64,000 bases of DNA from an uncultured Acidobacteriota bacterium (GCA_963837055.1 CAWILU010000003.1:2563-66562); one strand, 5' to 3'; positions 32,517-43,479 are shown, counted from the first letter of the stretch. Numbers and translations: made by a program. The notes: generated by a model not told the origin, from the letters alone.

Positions 32517-33446
32517 GTGCTCACCACCCTCCATCGTCACCGATACGCGTTCGCCCTTACCGGAGCCGCCGCCTCATGGGGCATCGCCACCGTCATAGCC
32601 AAGAGTGCCCTCACCGAGATCCCACCCGTCGTCCTCCTGCCAGTCCAACTGGCGGCAAGCGTCTTGCTGGTCACACCCGTGCTCCTGGTCCGGCACCGGC
32701 AGGAACCCCGGACAAAGAACCTCCCACGTCTCATCGGCCTCGGGATTCTCAACCCAGGAATCTCCTACGCCCTCGGCCTCATCGGCCTCGTCTACATCAC
32801 CGCCAGCGAGGCGGTCCTCTTGTGGGCAACCGAGCCGATCATGATCATGGCCCTCGCCGCGGTCATGCTCCGCGAACAAGTTTCCAAGACCCAGGTGGTT
32901 GCCGCGGGAGCCGCAACCCTTGGCGTCATCATCGTCGTCATCGCTCCCGATCGCAGCGACCAGCCGATCGGCATCGCACTCACCCTCATCGCGGTCGCTG
33001 CCTGCGCGCTCTACACCATTTACTCAAGGAAATGGGCGGTAGACGAGTCATCAGGGCGAGTTGTGGCACTCCAACAAGTTGCGGCCCTCGCATTCGCAGG
33101 CGCGATGCTCGGTGTCGTCACGCTGGCTACGGACTCGTTTCCCCTAAGTGACATCTCGGCTCGTTCTTGGGCGAGTGCCGCTATCTCAGGATGCCTCTAT
33201 TACGGGATCGCCTTCTGGCTGTACCTCACCGGCCTCCAACACACCCCAGCATCCATCGCAGGCCAATACATCAACCTCATCCCAATATTCGGCATCGCTG
33301 CTGGCGGCATCCTGCTCGGCGAACAGCTGACACCTCGACAGTGGATCGGTGCGATTGTCATAGTGCTCGCCGTCAGTGTTGCTGCGCGGAGCATCGCCAA
33401 TCGGGCGCAGCAGGCTCCCGACCACGCCATACAGACGCCTGGCTGA
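32517..33446 (+). CDS. EamA/DMT family transporter
   Basis: About 10 TM helices, two EamA repeats, LLGEQLT...IG. Confidence 0.88.
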   Translation: MLTTLHRHRYAFALTGAAASWGIATVIAKSALTEIPPVVLLPVQLAASVLLVTPVLLVRHRQEPRTKNLPRLIGLGILNPGISYALGLIGLVYITASEAVLLWATEPIMIMALAAVMLREQVSKTQVVAAGAATLGVIIVVIAPDRSDQPIGIALTLIAVAACALYTIYSRKWAVDESSGRVVALQQVAALAFAGAMLGVVTLATDSFPLSDISARSWASAAISGCLYYGIAFWLYLTGLQHTPASIAGQYINLIPIFGIAAGGILLGEQLTPRQWIGAIVIVLAVSVAARSIANRAQQAPDHAIQTPG

Positions 33447-33518
33447 TGGCGGTCACCGACGATGCGAGCAAAAGCGGCGACCTAGTTGTACGCCGAGGTG
33501 GTCAGAGGCGGCTTTGTC

Positions 33519-33565
33519 TGCTCCGCGGGTAGGACTCGAACCTACAACCAATGGATTAACAGTCC
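33519..33565 (-). repeat. 47-bp copy of the tRNA-Asn 3' half (att site)
   Basis: TGCTCCGCGGGTAGGACTCGAACCTACAACCAATGGATTAACAGTCC identical to 34463-34509. Confidence 0.92.
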
Positions 33566-33805
33566 CGCCCACCACATCCGTCCAGTCCGAGTACGTGGTG
33601 TTTGGTGCTGTCCTGTCTGCGAATTTCGACCAGTCGTGCTGTCTGGTGTTGTCCTGTCCGGGTACGTACGGCTACACAAATGGCTACAGCCACACCAGAA
33701 GAGGAATCATTGGAATAGCGCGTCTGATGATGTCCTCGGATGTGTCACGGCGAAGGGGGCCATCTTGGTTGGGGGCGGGGGTCCATTGCCCGATCGGGGA
33801 AGCCC

Positions 33806-34408
33806 TTACTGGGGAACTTCGCCGCGCTCCCAAGGACCAGAGGCAAACGCTGAGAGTGCCCACGCGTACGCATCGGCGCATTGATCGACACAGGACTCAG
33901 GCACGACCACATCGAAGACGACAACATCACCATCAAGTGTGTAGCCCACGATGAGATCACCGTCGTAGCCAAACTCTGTCGCGTAGGAGGGAAAGCTCAC
34001 GGTCTCGCCATCGACAGCCTCATAGTCTCCGTGATCAACTTCCTCCCCGTTCTCATCGTGCGAGCCAAACGCTCCGGCGTCGGTAAAGAAGTGGTCGTGT
34101 TCGAGCGGCCCTTCCGCTCCTGCGCACGGGTCGCCCGACGCGGGTCCGGGGTCACCACCAAAGAAGTTTCCTTGCAACCACCCGACGTGCGATTCAGCGA
34201 GTCCAGCCTCTTGGAACGCGGCGAGCATCTCGGCGCAGGTCTGCGCTCGATGCCAAGAGCCGATCAATTCCGTAGTCGATCCCTCTGTCGAGGACGAAGT
34301 GGCCGGTGCCTCGGTCGGTTCCGTGGTCGTCGAGTCATCGGCACACGCTGCAACGGTCAAGCTCACCAGCACGACGCCAGTCAGTAACCGGATTCTCATG
34401 GAGGCCAT
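33806..34408 (-). CDS. Hypothetical lipoprotein
   Basis: Signal peptide with lipobox VAAC, S/T-rich linker, 4 further Cys. Confidence 0.8.
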   Translation of the reverse strand: MASMRIRLLTGVVLVSLTVAACADDSTTTEPTEAPATSSSTEGSTTELIGSWHRAQTCAEMLAAFQEAGLAESHVGWLQGNFFGGDPGPASGDPCAGAEGPLEHDHFFTDAGAFGSHDENGEEVDHGDYEAVDGETVSFPSYATEFGYDGDLIVGYTLDGDVVVFDVVVPESCVDQCADAYAWALSAFASGPWERGEVPQ

Positions 34409-34464
34409 CTTTCGCCGGCCAGGCTAGCGGCGGGGTCCAAAGCGAGATCGGATGGATGTCCTTG

Positions 34465-34537
34465 CTCCGCGGGTAGGACTCGAACCTACAACCAATGGAT
34501 TAACAGTCCACTGCTCTACCAATTGAGCTACCGCGGA
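34465..34537 (-). tRNA. tRNA-Asn (GTT)
   Basis: TCCGCGG acceptor stem, TAGCTCAATTGGTAGAGC D arm, GGACTGTTAATCC anticodon arm, GTTCGAGTC T loop. Confidence 0.97.
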
Positions 34538-34598
34538 AGGTGCCGACTGGCGGCGGTCAGGGTACCAGTCGGAGTCTGGCTATCCAGAGTCGCCGTTG

Positions 34599-35726
34599 TC
34601 AGGAGTTCTCCAGGAACCCCTCGAGCTTCTGCGATTTATCGGGATGACGGAGCTTGGCCAATGCCTTCGTCTCGAGCTGGCGGATCCGCTCCCGGGTCAC
34701 CTTGAAATGGGAACCGACCTCCTCCAGGGTTCGCATGCGGCCATCGGCCAGCCCGAAGCGCATTATCAAGACCTCACGCTCCCGCTCGTTCAGACCCTCG
34801 AGAGCCATGGCCAGCTGATCCTGCAGCGATGAGAAGGTGGCGACGTCGGGCGGGCGATCCGACTCGAGATCCTCGACCAGGTCGCCGAGAGTCCCATCCT
34901 CGTCCTCCCCGACCGGCGTCTCCAGTGACACCGTGTCCTGGGCGATCCGCTGCAGCTCGGCAACCCGGCCCGGATCGATGTCGAGCTCGAAGGCGAGCTC
35001 GTCCAGACTTGGGGCCCGACCCATGGTCTGGGTCATCTCCCGCTGGGCCCGGGTCAGCTTGTTGACTGAGTCGAGCACATGGATTGGCATCCGGATGGTG
35101 CGGCCCTGGTCGGCGATCGCTCTCGAGATGGCCTGACGGATCCACCACGTGGCGTAGGTGGAGAATTTGAACCCTCGTCGGTAGTCGAAGCGCTCCACGG
35201 CGCGCATCAAACCGACGTTCCCTTCCTGAACAAGATCGAGAAGGGCCATCCCCCGGCCGACGTAGCGGCGAGCGAGGGCCACCACCAGTCGCAGGTTGGA
35301 CTGAACCAGCTGCTTTTGGGCGGCGTCGCCCATGTCGATCTCATGCCCGAGGAACGCCCGGTCCTCGTCGACCAGGCCCTCCTCGTCGAGACGAGCCTGG
35401 GCCCGCCGCCCCGCCTCCATCTGCATGGCCAGCTCCACCTCCTGCTGGCTGGTGAGGAGCGGGTAGCGCCCGATCTCGTTCAGATAGAGACGTACCGGGT
35501 CGGAGACCGAGATCTGCCCGACCTCGACGAACTCCTCGATAACCCCCGGGCCCTCCTCGGTGAGCTTGATGCCCTGAGAGCGGAGGGCGTCGGCCACCTC
35601 CTCGAAAGCCTCGCCGGACGCCTCGGCGTCCTCCAGCTCCTGCTGGACCTCAGCCATCGTGAGAAAGCCACGATGCTTGCCCCGCTTGACCAGGGCGGCG
35701 ACGACCTTGCTCAGTTCCTCGTTCAC
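34599..35726 (-). CDS. rpoD: Primary RNA polymerase sigma factor
   Basis: [40 protein letters not shown]; follows dnaG. Confidence 0.95.
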   Translation of the reverse strand: MNEELSKVVAALVKRGKHRGFLTMAEVQQELEDAEASGEAFEEVADALRSQGIKLTEEGPGVIEEFVEVGQISVSDPVRLYLNEIGRYPLLTSQQEVELAMQMEAGRRAQARLDEEGLVDEDRAFLGHEIDMGDAAQKQLVQSNLRLVVALARRYVGRGMALLDLVQEGNVGLMRAVERFDYRRGFKFSTYATWWIRQAISRAIADQGRTIRMPIHVLDSVNKLTRAQREMTQTMGRAPSLDELAFELDIDPGRVAELQRIAQDTVSLETPVGEDEDGTLGDLVEDLESDRPPDVATFSSLQDQLAMALEGLNEREREVLIMRFGLADGRMRTLEEVGSHFKVTRERIRQLETKALAKLRHPDKSQKLEGFLENS

Positions 35727-37466
35727 ATCCGGGTGGAGGTTCGCTTCTCCTGCTGTAAAGCTATCAAGCGCCGCAGGTTGTCGGAATGAGCTTCGGTTCC
35801 CGGCTCCATTCCGGCCAGCGTTCGCTGCAAATCCTCGATCTCGACGTCGAGCCGGCGCTCCTTGACGCGGGACAGGATCTCGACACCCGACGGGAGTGGT
35901 CGGTCGTCCATCGCCAGAGAACGAAGCAGCATCTTCTCCTCCTCGCTGCCCGCCCGAGAGATGTCTAGGGGCTCACCGGCCACAGCCGACCCGTAGGCGG
36001 GCGCGACCACGGCGAAAGCAGATCGCAGCCGCTCATCGGTGAAGTCTTCGACGGTCACGCCCTCGACCGAAGATGGATCGGCGATTAGAACACGCATCAG
36101 CTCGGACTCGACCCGATCGAGAGGCCGGTCCTGGGTGCTCGTCATCACCCCGGCGGCTTCCCCTCCCACCCTCCACCGCTGCTTCGGCGGTCTCCAGATC
36201 CACCCCGACCAGGCGAGCCACGAACCGGCTGTACTCGCGGCGGGCGATCTGATCGTTGACCCGGCGCACCTGGGCCGCAGCGGCATGAAGGGCACGGGCC
36301 CTCCCCTCAGGGCCGCTCAGGTCGTGGCGACTCACCTCGTGTTCGATCCTGCGCTCCAAGAGCGGCCTCGCCCCCTCGACGGCGGTGACCAACTCGGCGC
36401 CTCGATCCTCTTGCACCAGATCAGCCGGATCGAGCCCGTCCGGCATCACGGCGACTCGTAGATCGAGATCCAGCCGGAATGGCGACTCGAGCTCATCACC
36501 TCTCAACGCAGCCTTGGACCCCGCCTCATCGGAATCGAAGGCGAGCACGACTTTCTCACCAAACCGACGAAGGAGATCGAAGTGCCCGTCGCCCAGAGCG
36601 GTGCCGCAGGTTGCGACCGCCGTCTTGATCCCGGCCTGATGCATCGCGATCACATCGGTGTACCCCTCGACGACCACAGCTGGGTGAGATTCGGAGATCT
36701 CCCGTCGAGCCCGGTCGAGCCCGAAGAGGATCTGGGCCTTGTGATAGACGACCGAGTCGGCGGAGTTCACATATTTGGCGTCGGGGTTGTTCACCGTCTT
36801 GCGATCGATCTCCTCGATCTTGCGGCCACCAAAGCCGACAGGGTCACCCCTGAGGTCGTGGATCGGGAACATGAGCCGACCCCGGAACACATCGAAGAGA
36901 CCTTGCCGTCCCCGGCGAGACAGCCCGGCATCGAGCAAGACCCGATCGTCGACACCACCCGCTCTCAACTCCCTGGTCAGCGTGTCCCAGTCGGTGGCGG
37001 CAAATCCCAGCCTCCACTCGTCGATGATGGTGAGGTCGTAACCCCGCTGGCGGAGATAGGCACGGGCCGGGCCTGCCTCTGGCGCTTTCTTGAGACGCTC
37101 GTGATAGACGTCGATCGCCCTCCTCAGCGCCTCCACCGCTCCACCGCGGCGCCCCCGCTGCCGGGCATCGGCCGCATCCCTCACCAGGGTGATCCCGGCA
37201 CGGCGGGCGAGCAGCTCGAGAGCGTCGGCGAAGTCGACCCCCTGAGTCTCTTGGACGAAGCTGAACACGTCGCCCCCTTTGCCACACCCGAAGCAGTGGT
37301 AGAGCCCGCGCGCCCGGTCGACCGACATCGAAGGGGTCTTCTCTTCGTGGAACGGGCAGACAGCCATGAAGCTGCGTCCCGAGCGCTTGACCTTGGTGAC
37401 CTCCGAGATCAGGTCGACGAGGTCGGTCGACTCCCGAACCCGATCGATGTCACCTCGCTCCGCCAT
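35723..37466 (-). CDS. dnaG: DNA primase (frameshift near 36165)
   Basis: [10 protein letters not shown] zinc finger, KYVNS, VEGYTD, FDSD, DPAD; C-terminus in ORF 35723..36295. Confidence 0.95.
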
Positions 37467-37499
37467 GGGTTCCGATCATAAGTACGGCCGATCGATGCT

Positions 37500-38228
37500 T
37501 CACGATGTTGCAACGAATTCGAGTCGGATCACGACCTCGTCACCGACATCGGCGACTCCGGGAGCATTGGGGATGCCGATGCCGTAGTCAGAGCGAAGGA
37601 CGGTCGCCTCGGCGACCCCCTCCACAGTGTTCTCGTCGGTCATCGACGCAGTCACGTCGAAAGTCACCGGAATCACCGCATCCCGGATTTCGAGGTCACC
37701 GGTGACGGAGAACTGAAGCGATTGAGCATTGGTCAGCTCGCCTTCCAGACCCTCGACCGAAGATGGAACGAAGGTGATGAACTCGAACTCATCACTGGCC
37801 GAGTTGAGGATCACCGGTCCCCGGATGGCCCGGTCACGATTGCCAGAGCCTGTCTCGAAGGTCCTGGCATTGACCAAGATCTCGGAGAACTCGATCGAGG
37901 CAATGTCTTCGGGGTCGAGCTGGAACTGGCCGGCCACCTCAGAAGTCGTGCCCAGCACCCGTTTCGGCTCACCCCGGAGGACCTCGTCGATCTCAAACGA
38001 CGCGACCGATAGAGCCGGATCGATGACGAAGGCAACGACCCCGTTTCCCTCCGTCGAGGTCGCGCTTCCCGCGCCCGCGGTGGTGCTCGCCTCCTCGGCC
38101 GTGATTGTGGGCGTGGTCAATTCGGTCGATGGCTCACCGGTACCACCGGCGAAATAGAGATAGGCGACGGCGGTCGCGCCCAGAACGAGGAAACCGCCGA
38201 GCACCCAGAAAACGATCGAGCGCTTCAT
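37500..38228 (-). CDS. YceI-family lipid/polyisoprenoid-binding protein
   Basis: N-terminal anchor, TGSGNRD, VTGDLEI, RSDYGI. Confidence 0.85.
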   Translation of the reverse strand: MKRSIVFWVLGGFLVLGATAVAYLYFAGGTGEPSTELTTPTITAEEASTTAGAGSATSTEGNGVVAFVIDPALSVASFEIDEVLRGEPKRVLGTTSEVAGQFQLDPEDIASIEFSEILVNARTFETGSGNRDRAIRGPVILNSASDEFEFITFVPSSVEGLEGELTNAQSLQFSVTGDLEIRDAVIPVTFDVTASMTDENTVEGVAEATVLRSDYGIGIPNAPGVADVGDEVVIRLEFVATS

Positions 38229-38239
38229 GGCCGGTCGAT

Positions 38240-39547
38240 TCAGATGAGTTTCTCGGCGAGGTGGTCGACTAACCGGTCCATCGAGACTCGGTCCTGTTTC
38301 ATCGTGTCCCGGTCCCTCACAGTTACGGCTTTGTCCTCCAGGGTCTCGAAGTCGACGGTTACCGCGAACGGCGTCCCGATCTCGTCCTGACGTCGGTAAC
38401 GGCGACCGATCGACTGGGTGACGTCTACCTCGACCATCCAGCGTTTGCGCAGCTCGGCGGCGATCCGCTCCACCGGCTCGATCAGCTCCTCTTTCTTGGA
38501 CAAGGGGAGGATGGCCACCTTGTAAGGGGCGAGCCGATGATGGAGACGGAGGACCGTCCTGGTCTCGTCGTTGACCGTTTCTTCGTGATAGGCGTCGATC
38601 AGGAACGCGAAGGTGGTCCTGGTGGCCCCGGCCGCCGGCTCGATGGCGTAAGGGAAGAAGCGATCGTCGCTGTCAGGGTCGAAGTAGCGGAGGTCCTGGC
38701 CCGAGTACTCGGAGTGCTGTTTGAGATCGAAATCTGTCCGGTTGGCGATCCCCTCGAGCTCGTCCCAACCCCACGGGAACCGGTACTCGACGTCGACGGT
38801 TTCCGCCGAGTAGTGGCTGAGCTCATCCTCTTCGTGGGGCCGGATCCTGAGGTTCTCCTCGGTCATACCCAGTTCGACGTACCACGCGAAGCGCTGTTCC
38901 TGCCAATAGGCGAACCATTCGTCGGCCTCTTCGGGCTGGACGAAATACTCCATCTCCATCTGCTCGAACTCGCGGGTGCGGAACACGAATTGGCCCGGAG
39001 TGATCTCGTTGCGAAAGGACTTCCCGACCTGGGCGATCCCAAAAGGGAGTTTGAGGCGGTTGGTGCGCCTCACGTTCTCGAAATTGGTGAAGATCCCCTG
39101 GGCCGTCTCCGGCCGCAGATAGATCATGTTCTCGTCGGAGTCCACCGGCCCCATATGGGTGCGGAACATGAGATGGAAGGGTTTGGGCTCGGTGAACGTC
39201 CCGGATTTGCCGCAGGTCGGGCAGGTGTCGGGATCGTCGAGCTTGTCGAGCCGATGACGGGCATTGCAGTTGCGACACTCGACCAGCGGGTCGGTGAACA
39301 CCTCTTCGTGGCCCGAGGCCTGCCAGACCCGGCGGGCCTGGAGGATGGCGGAGTCGATCCCAACCACGTCGTCGCGCAGCTGGACCATCGACCGCCACCA
39401 CTCGTCCTTGACGTTGCGCAACAGCTCCGCGCCCAGTGGCCCGTAATCGTAGGCAGAGCGGATCCCGCCATAGATCTCGGAGGATTGGAAGACGAACCCT
39501 CGCTTCTTGGCGAGATTGGTGATGGTTTCGAGTGTGGGTTCGGTCAT
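38240..39547 (-). CDS. glyQS: Glycyl-tRNA synthetase (homodimeric type)
   Basis: YDYGPLG, LRPETAQGIF, FRTREFEQME, IGRRYRRQDEIGTP. Confidence 0.97.
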   Translation of the reverse strand: MTEPTLETITNLAKKRGFVFQSSEIYGGIRSAYDYGPLGAELLRNVKDEWWRSMVQLRDDVVGIDSAILQARRVWQASGHEEVFTDPLVECRNCNARHRLDKLDDPDTCPTCGKSGTFTEPKPFHLMFRTHMGPVDSDENMIYLRPETAQGIFTNFENVRRTNRLKLPFGIAQVGKSFRNEITPGQFVFRTREFEQMEMEYFVQPEEADEWFAYWQEQRFAWYVELGMTEENLRIRPHEEDELSHYSAETVDVEYRFPWGWDELEGIANRTDFDLKQHSEYSGQDLRYFDPDSDDRFFPYAIEPAAGATRTTFAFLIDAYHEETVNDETRTVLRLHHRLAPYKVAILPLSKKEELIEPVERIAAELRKRWMVEVDVTQSIGRRYRRQDEIGTPFAVTVDFETLEDKAVTVRDRDTMKQDRVSMDRLVDHLAEKLI

Positions 39548-39580
39548 CGGGAGCTGGGAACGGTGGCCCGATCCGGGCAC

Positions 39581-40336
39581 TTAGTCAATCTGGGACCTGT
39601 CCTCGGCGCCCCCGAATCGCCGATCCCGCCCCTGATAGTCGATCACGGCGTCGAGGAGAGCCTGGCGGTCGAAATCGGGCCAGAGGATCCCCGGGAAATG
39701 GAACTCGGCGTAGGCCGCCTGCCAGAGGAGGAAGTTGGAGAGTCGGTGCTCACCGGAGGATCGAATCACGAGGTCGACATCGGGCATGTCCGGTATGTAG
39801 AGGGATCTGGCCAGCAAGGCCTCGTCGATGTCCTCCGGCCTGATCTGACCGTCGGCCGCACTCGCGGCAAGCGATCTGGTGGCATCGACGATCTCGCGGC
39901 GGCTCCCGTAATTGAATGCAAAGACCAGATTGAGCCGGGTGTTGGCCGCAGTCATCTCCGAAGCCTCCGCCATGTGCTTGCGATTTCGATCCGGGATCCG
40001 GGGATCGTCCATGTCTCCGGCGAACAGCATCCGCACCCCGTCGGCATGGAGGTCGTCCCGACGTCTGGTGAGCAGGTCTTCGTTGAACCACATGAGGAAT
40101 TCGACCTCCTCGTCCGAGCGGGACCAGTTCTCGGTGGAAAAGGTGTAGGCGGTGAGCCATTCGATCCCGATCTCGAGCGCTCCCTCGACCGTGTCGAACA
40201 GGGCAGCCTCTCCGGCGGCATGGCCGGCGGTGCGGGGCAGGCCACGCGCATTCGCCCATCGCCCGTTCCCGTCCAGGATCAGCCCGACATGGCGCGGGAT
40301 CCGGTCTGGGTCGATCGAGGAGAGGTCGAGGCTCAC
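39581..40336 (-). CDS. uppS: Polyprenyl diphosphate synthase
   Basis: ILDGNGRWA, FSTENW, RSSGEHRLSNFLLWQ. Confidence 0.96.
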   Translation of the reverse strand: MSLDLSSIDPDRIPRHVGLILDGNGRWANARGLPRTAGHAAGEAALFDTVEGALEIGIEWLTAYTFSTENWSRSDEEVEFLMWFNEDLLTRRRDDLHADGVRMLFAGDMDDPRIPDRNRKHMAEASEMTAANTRLNLVFAFNYGSRREIVDATRSLAASAADGQIRPEDIDEALLARSLYIPDMPDVDLVIRSSGEHRLSNFLLWQAAYAEFHFPGILWPDFDRQALLDAVIDYQGRDRRFGGAEDRSQID

Positions 40337-41049
40337 TCCATCACCGCCAACGAGGAGAGTTTTCGGTCGAGGTGATACTCGACGAAGCGGCGAGCGATCC
40401 CCATCGCCTCTCCGGCAAGACTGACGTCAGTCTCAGGCATTCGCCCGAACTCGGCGTCGGCGAGGGCAGCCAGATAGACGGTGACCCCATCCCGCAGGCG
40501 AACGGCGCCCTCGGTCCGGCACAGGTCACAAACGGCTCCCCCGCCCCCGAAGGAAAACCGATGAAGGTCGTCTACCCGACCGCAGGAGGCGCAGACGAGT
40601 AGGGAGGGCGCCACGCCGACTACGTCCGCCAGCTTCAAGAGATAGCTGGTGATCAGGTCGGCGCCGATCTCACCGGCCTCGAGTGCTCGCAAACCGCGAT
40701 GGAGGAGCAGAAACAGTCGCATCGAGGACTCTTGCTCCTGGGCAACGGCGTCGGCCGCCTCGACCATGGTCCCCGCAGCTACCACCGCATCGAGGCTGGC
40801 CCGCAGCCGGGGGAAAGGCTCGATCACCGCCACCTGGGTGATGGTGTCGAGGTTGCGTCCCTCGTAGAGGACCAGATCGACATGGGTGAAGGGCTCGAGA
40901 CGCCCCCCGAACCGGCTCTTGGTCTTGCGGATCCCCTTGGCCACGGTGCGGATCTTCCCGCTGTTCGGGCTGAGGAGGACCACCACCCGATCCGCCTCCC
41001 CGAACGGGTAGCTGCGAAGGACGATCCCCTGATCGTGACGGATGGCCAT
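40333..41049 (-). CDS. recO: DNA repair protein RecO
   Basis: GEADRVV, AKGIRKTKSRFGGRLEPF, CxxC...CxxC. Confidence 0.96.
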   Translation of the reverse strand: MAIRHDQGIVLRSYPFGEADRVVVLLSPNSGKIRTVAKGIRKTKSRFGGRLEPFTHVDLVLYEGRNLDTITQVAVIEPFPRLRASLDAVVAAGTMVEAADAVAQEQESSMRLFLLLHRGLRALEAGEIGADLITSYLLKLADVVGVAPSLLVCASCGRVDDLHRFSFGGGGAVCDLCRTEGAVRLRDGVTVYLAALADAEFGRMPETDVSLAGEAMGIARRFVEYHLDRKLSSLAVME

Positions 41050-41109
41050 AGAAGCCTCAGGCTAAAAGCCTGCGGCTCTGTTCTAGGTCATAGGTTGTAG
41101 GTTCCGGGT

Positions 41110-41388
41110 ATGGCACTTGTTTCAGACAGCGAGATCGACGCCTTCGTCGAGGGTCACACGGGTTGGGGCCACGAAGGCGATGCCGTCTCCCGCACCTATG
41201 AGTTCGCCGATTTCAACGAGTCGATGGGGTTCGTCACCAGGGTCGCCCTGTCGGCCGAGAAGGCGGACCACCATCCCGATATCGACATCCGTTGGAACAA
41301 GGTGACCCTGACCCTGTCCACCCATTCCGAAGGCGGGGTGACCCCCAAGGATCTCGACCTGGCCGACCTCTGCGACGGGCTGACCTAG
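41110..41388 (+). CDS. Pterin-4-alpha-carbinolamine dehydratase
   Basis: AEKADHHPDI, THSEGGVT..D. Confidence 0.93.
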   Translation: MALVSDSEIDAFVEGHTGWGHEGDAVSRTYEFADFNESMGFVTRVALSAEKADHHPDIDIRWNKVTLTLSTHSEGGVTPKDLDLADLCDGLT

Positions 41389-41407
41389 CCGTCTTGGCGC
41401 GCCAGAA

Positions 41408-42295
41408 TCAGTCGAAACCGAGGCGATCGAGGAGTTGCGGCTTGCGTTGCCAGTCGGGCTCCACCTTGACCTGGAGACTGAGATTGACTCGATTGCCCAA
41501 CAGCGCCTCGAGGTCGTGGCGAGCCTCGGTCCCGGCGGCCTGAAGCAGCGAGCCCCCTTTTCCGATCACGATCCCCTTCTGGCTCTTTCGCTCCACGATT
41601 ACGTCGGCGGCGATGTCGATGAGCCCGTTTTCCCTTTGCTCGAGGTCCTCGACGATCACCACCAACGAATGGGGCAGTTCCTCGCGGAGCCGGTCCAGGA
41701 ATTTCTCCCGGACGATCTCGCTGATGACCAGGCTTTCGGGCTGGTCCGTGGTCATGCCGGGTGGGTAGTAGACCGGGCCTTCCGGGAGCCGCGCCACGAC
41801 CTCCTCGATCAGCTCGCTTACCCCGGCGCCATCGACGGCGGAGACGGGCACGTAGGAGGCGAAGTCCCACTCCCCCGCCTTGGTGAGCTGGTCGACGACA
41901 CGAGCGCGTTTGGCGATGTCGAGCTTGCTCACGACGACGATCACCTCGGCATCGGCCTCGGCAAGACGTTCGGCGATGAGCCGGTCCCCCGGCCCAACGG
42001 GCATCGTGGCGTCGACCAGGAAGACCACGACGTCAGCCTCGGCCAGCGTCCCGTAGACGAGCGAGTTGAGCCGCGTGCCCAACTCGTTGCGGGGCTTGTG
42101 CAGGCCAGGCGTGTCGACCAGGACGATCTGGTACTCCGGCTCGTCCCCCGGTGCGGTGACGACGCCTCTGATGGCATTCCGCGTCGTCTGGGGCCGGGAG
42201 GAGGTGATGGTGACCTTCGATCCGACCAGCGTGTTGACCAGAGTCGACTTGCCCACATTTGGCCGCCCCACGACGGGCACGAAACCCGACCTCAT
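41408..42295 (-). CDS. era: GTPase Era
   Basis: GRPNVGKST, PQTTR, DTPG, KH domain SQKGIVIGKGG. Confidence 0.97.
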   Translation of the reverse strand: MRSGFVPVVGRPNVGKSTLVNTLVGSKVTITSSRPQTTRNAIRGVVTAPGDEPEYQIVLVDTPGLHKPRNELGTRLNSLVYGTLAEADVVVFLVDATMPVGPGDRLIAERLAEADAEVIVVVSKLDIAKRARVVDQLTKAGEWDFASYVPVSAVDGAGVSELIEEVVARLPEGPVYYPPGMTTDQPESLVISEIVREKFLDRLREELPHSLVVIVEDLEQRENGLIDIAADVIVERKSQKGIVIGKGGSLLQAAGTEARHDLEALLGNRVNLSLQVKVEPDWQRKPQLLDRLGFD

Positions 42296-43479
42296 TCGGC
42301 GTCCACGGCCTCCGACACCGATACCGACACACCGGCCACACGGCGCCCCTGCATCCGGGTGACGGTCAGGGTCAGCGAGCCGTGACTGAACTGCTCACCT
42401 TCGTCCGGGACACGTTCGGCAAGGCCCATCACCAGACCGGCAACAGTGTCCCAGTCCTCGTCGGGGAGGTCGACACCCGCAAGCGCGGCGAGCTCATCGA
42501 CCGGTAGCCGGGCGTCGACATCCCACCCGCCATCTGGGCGGGCCGAGATGAACATCTCGTCCTCGTCGGTCTCGTCGGTTATCTCCCCAACGAGCTCCTC
42601 GAGCAGGTCCTCGATCGTGACCAGACCGGACACCTCTCCGTACTCGTCGACGACGATCATCTGATGCCGGTGGGTGGCCTGCATCTCACCGAGCAATGCC
42701 GACGCCAATTTGGTCTCGGGCACGAACTCGACCGGTCTCATCACCTCTGCCACCGATGCAGGGCGGCGGCCCTCCCCGAGCAGTGGCAGGAGGTCCTTGA
42801 CCATGACCATGCCGACGACGTCGCCGTTACTGGTCACCGGGATCCTGGAAAAGCCTTCGTCGGTGGTGACGGAGATCAGTTCCTCCACCGAAGCCGTGAC
42901 CGGCACCGTGACCATGTCTGGACGAGGGGTCATCACCTCGCGAACGACGGTGTCGCCGAATTCGAGCACCGAGTCGATCATCTCGCGCTCCTGCTCGGTC
43001 ACGATCTCCGGCTCGGGCTCGGCATCGTCCTCTTCGTCCTCATCGGTGTCGGTCATCAGCTCGGTCGCCCATCCCCCGACCGCCACGGCCAACTTGAGCA
43101 GACCGGCCGAGCGATACACGATCGAGCGGGGGTTGCGGCGGCCGAGTTGCCGTGGGATCAGGTCGCCGAGCAGGAACACCACCACGAAGACGATGGCGGC
43201 ATATCCGATCGCGGTCCCCAGGGATTCGCCAGCGGCGAACACGGCGGTCCCCGCAACCCCGGCCACGAGCAGCAGCGCCGACCCTGCCATCGCCACGGCC
43301 GGTGTGATGTCCTCACGTTCCTCCAGCAGGGCGGCCACGGTCCCGGCACCACGAACTCCATCGGCTGCGTCGTGGAGGGCGTCGGCCCGGGGGACCTTGG
43401 AGATGGCTGCGCCAGATGCCCGCAACCACGCGGCGAGAGCCGCAGCCACGACGGCCACGATGAAGGTGACAACAGTCAC
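42292..43479 (-). CDS. HlyC/CorC (CNNM-CBS-CorC) membrane protein
   Basis: N-terminal TMs, VREVMTPR, FSRIPV, VDEYG..GLVTIEDLLEELVGEI. Confidence 0.92.
   Translation of the reverse strand: MTVVTFIVAVVAAALAAWLRASGAAISKVPRADALHDAADGVRGAGTVAALLEEREDITPAVAMAGSALLLVAGVAGTAVFAAGESLGTAIGYAAIVFVVVFLLGDLIPRQLGRRNPRSIVYRSAGLLKLAVAVGGWATELMTDTDEDEEDDAEPEPEIVTEQEREMIDSVLEFGDTVVREVMTPRPDMVTVPVTASVEELISVTTDEGFSRIPVTSNGDVVGMVMVKDLLPLLGEGRRPASVAEVMRPVEFVPETKLASALLGEMQATHRHQMIVVDEYGEVSGLVTIEDLLEELVGEITDETDEDEMFISARPDGGWDVDARLPVDELAALAGVDLPDEDWDTVAGLVMGLAERVPDEGEQFSHGSLTLTVTRMQGRRVAGVSVSVSEAVDAE

Larger units (their letters stand above)
33519..34509. mobile_element. Minimal or remnant tRNA-Asn-integrated element without integrase
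   Basis: Flanked by 47-bp direct repeats; one lipoprotein gene; short direct repeats near the left att. Confidence 0.7.

Noticed and set aside
33519-33565. Second tRNA-Asn gene
   Set aside because: It lacks the 5' acceptor strand and D arm; it is an att fragment.
35723-37466. Programmed frameshift or split dnaG
   Set aside because: The shift lies in a G/C-run region with no slippery heptamer or stimulatory structure seen; probable sequencing indel.
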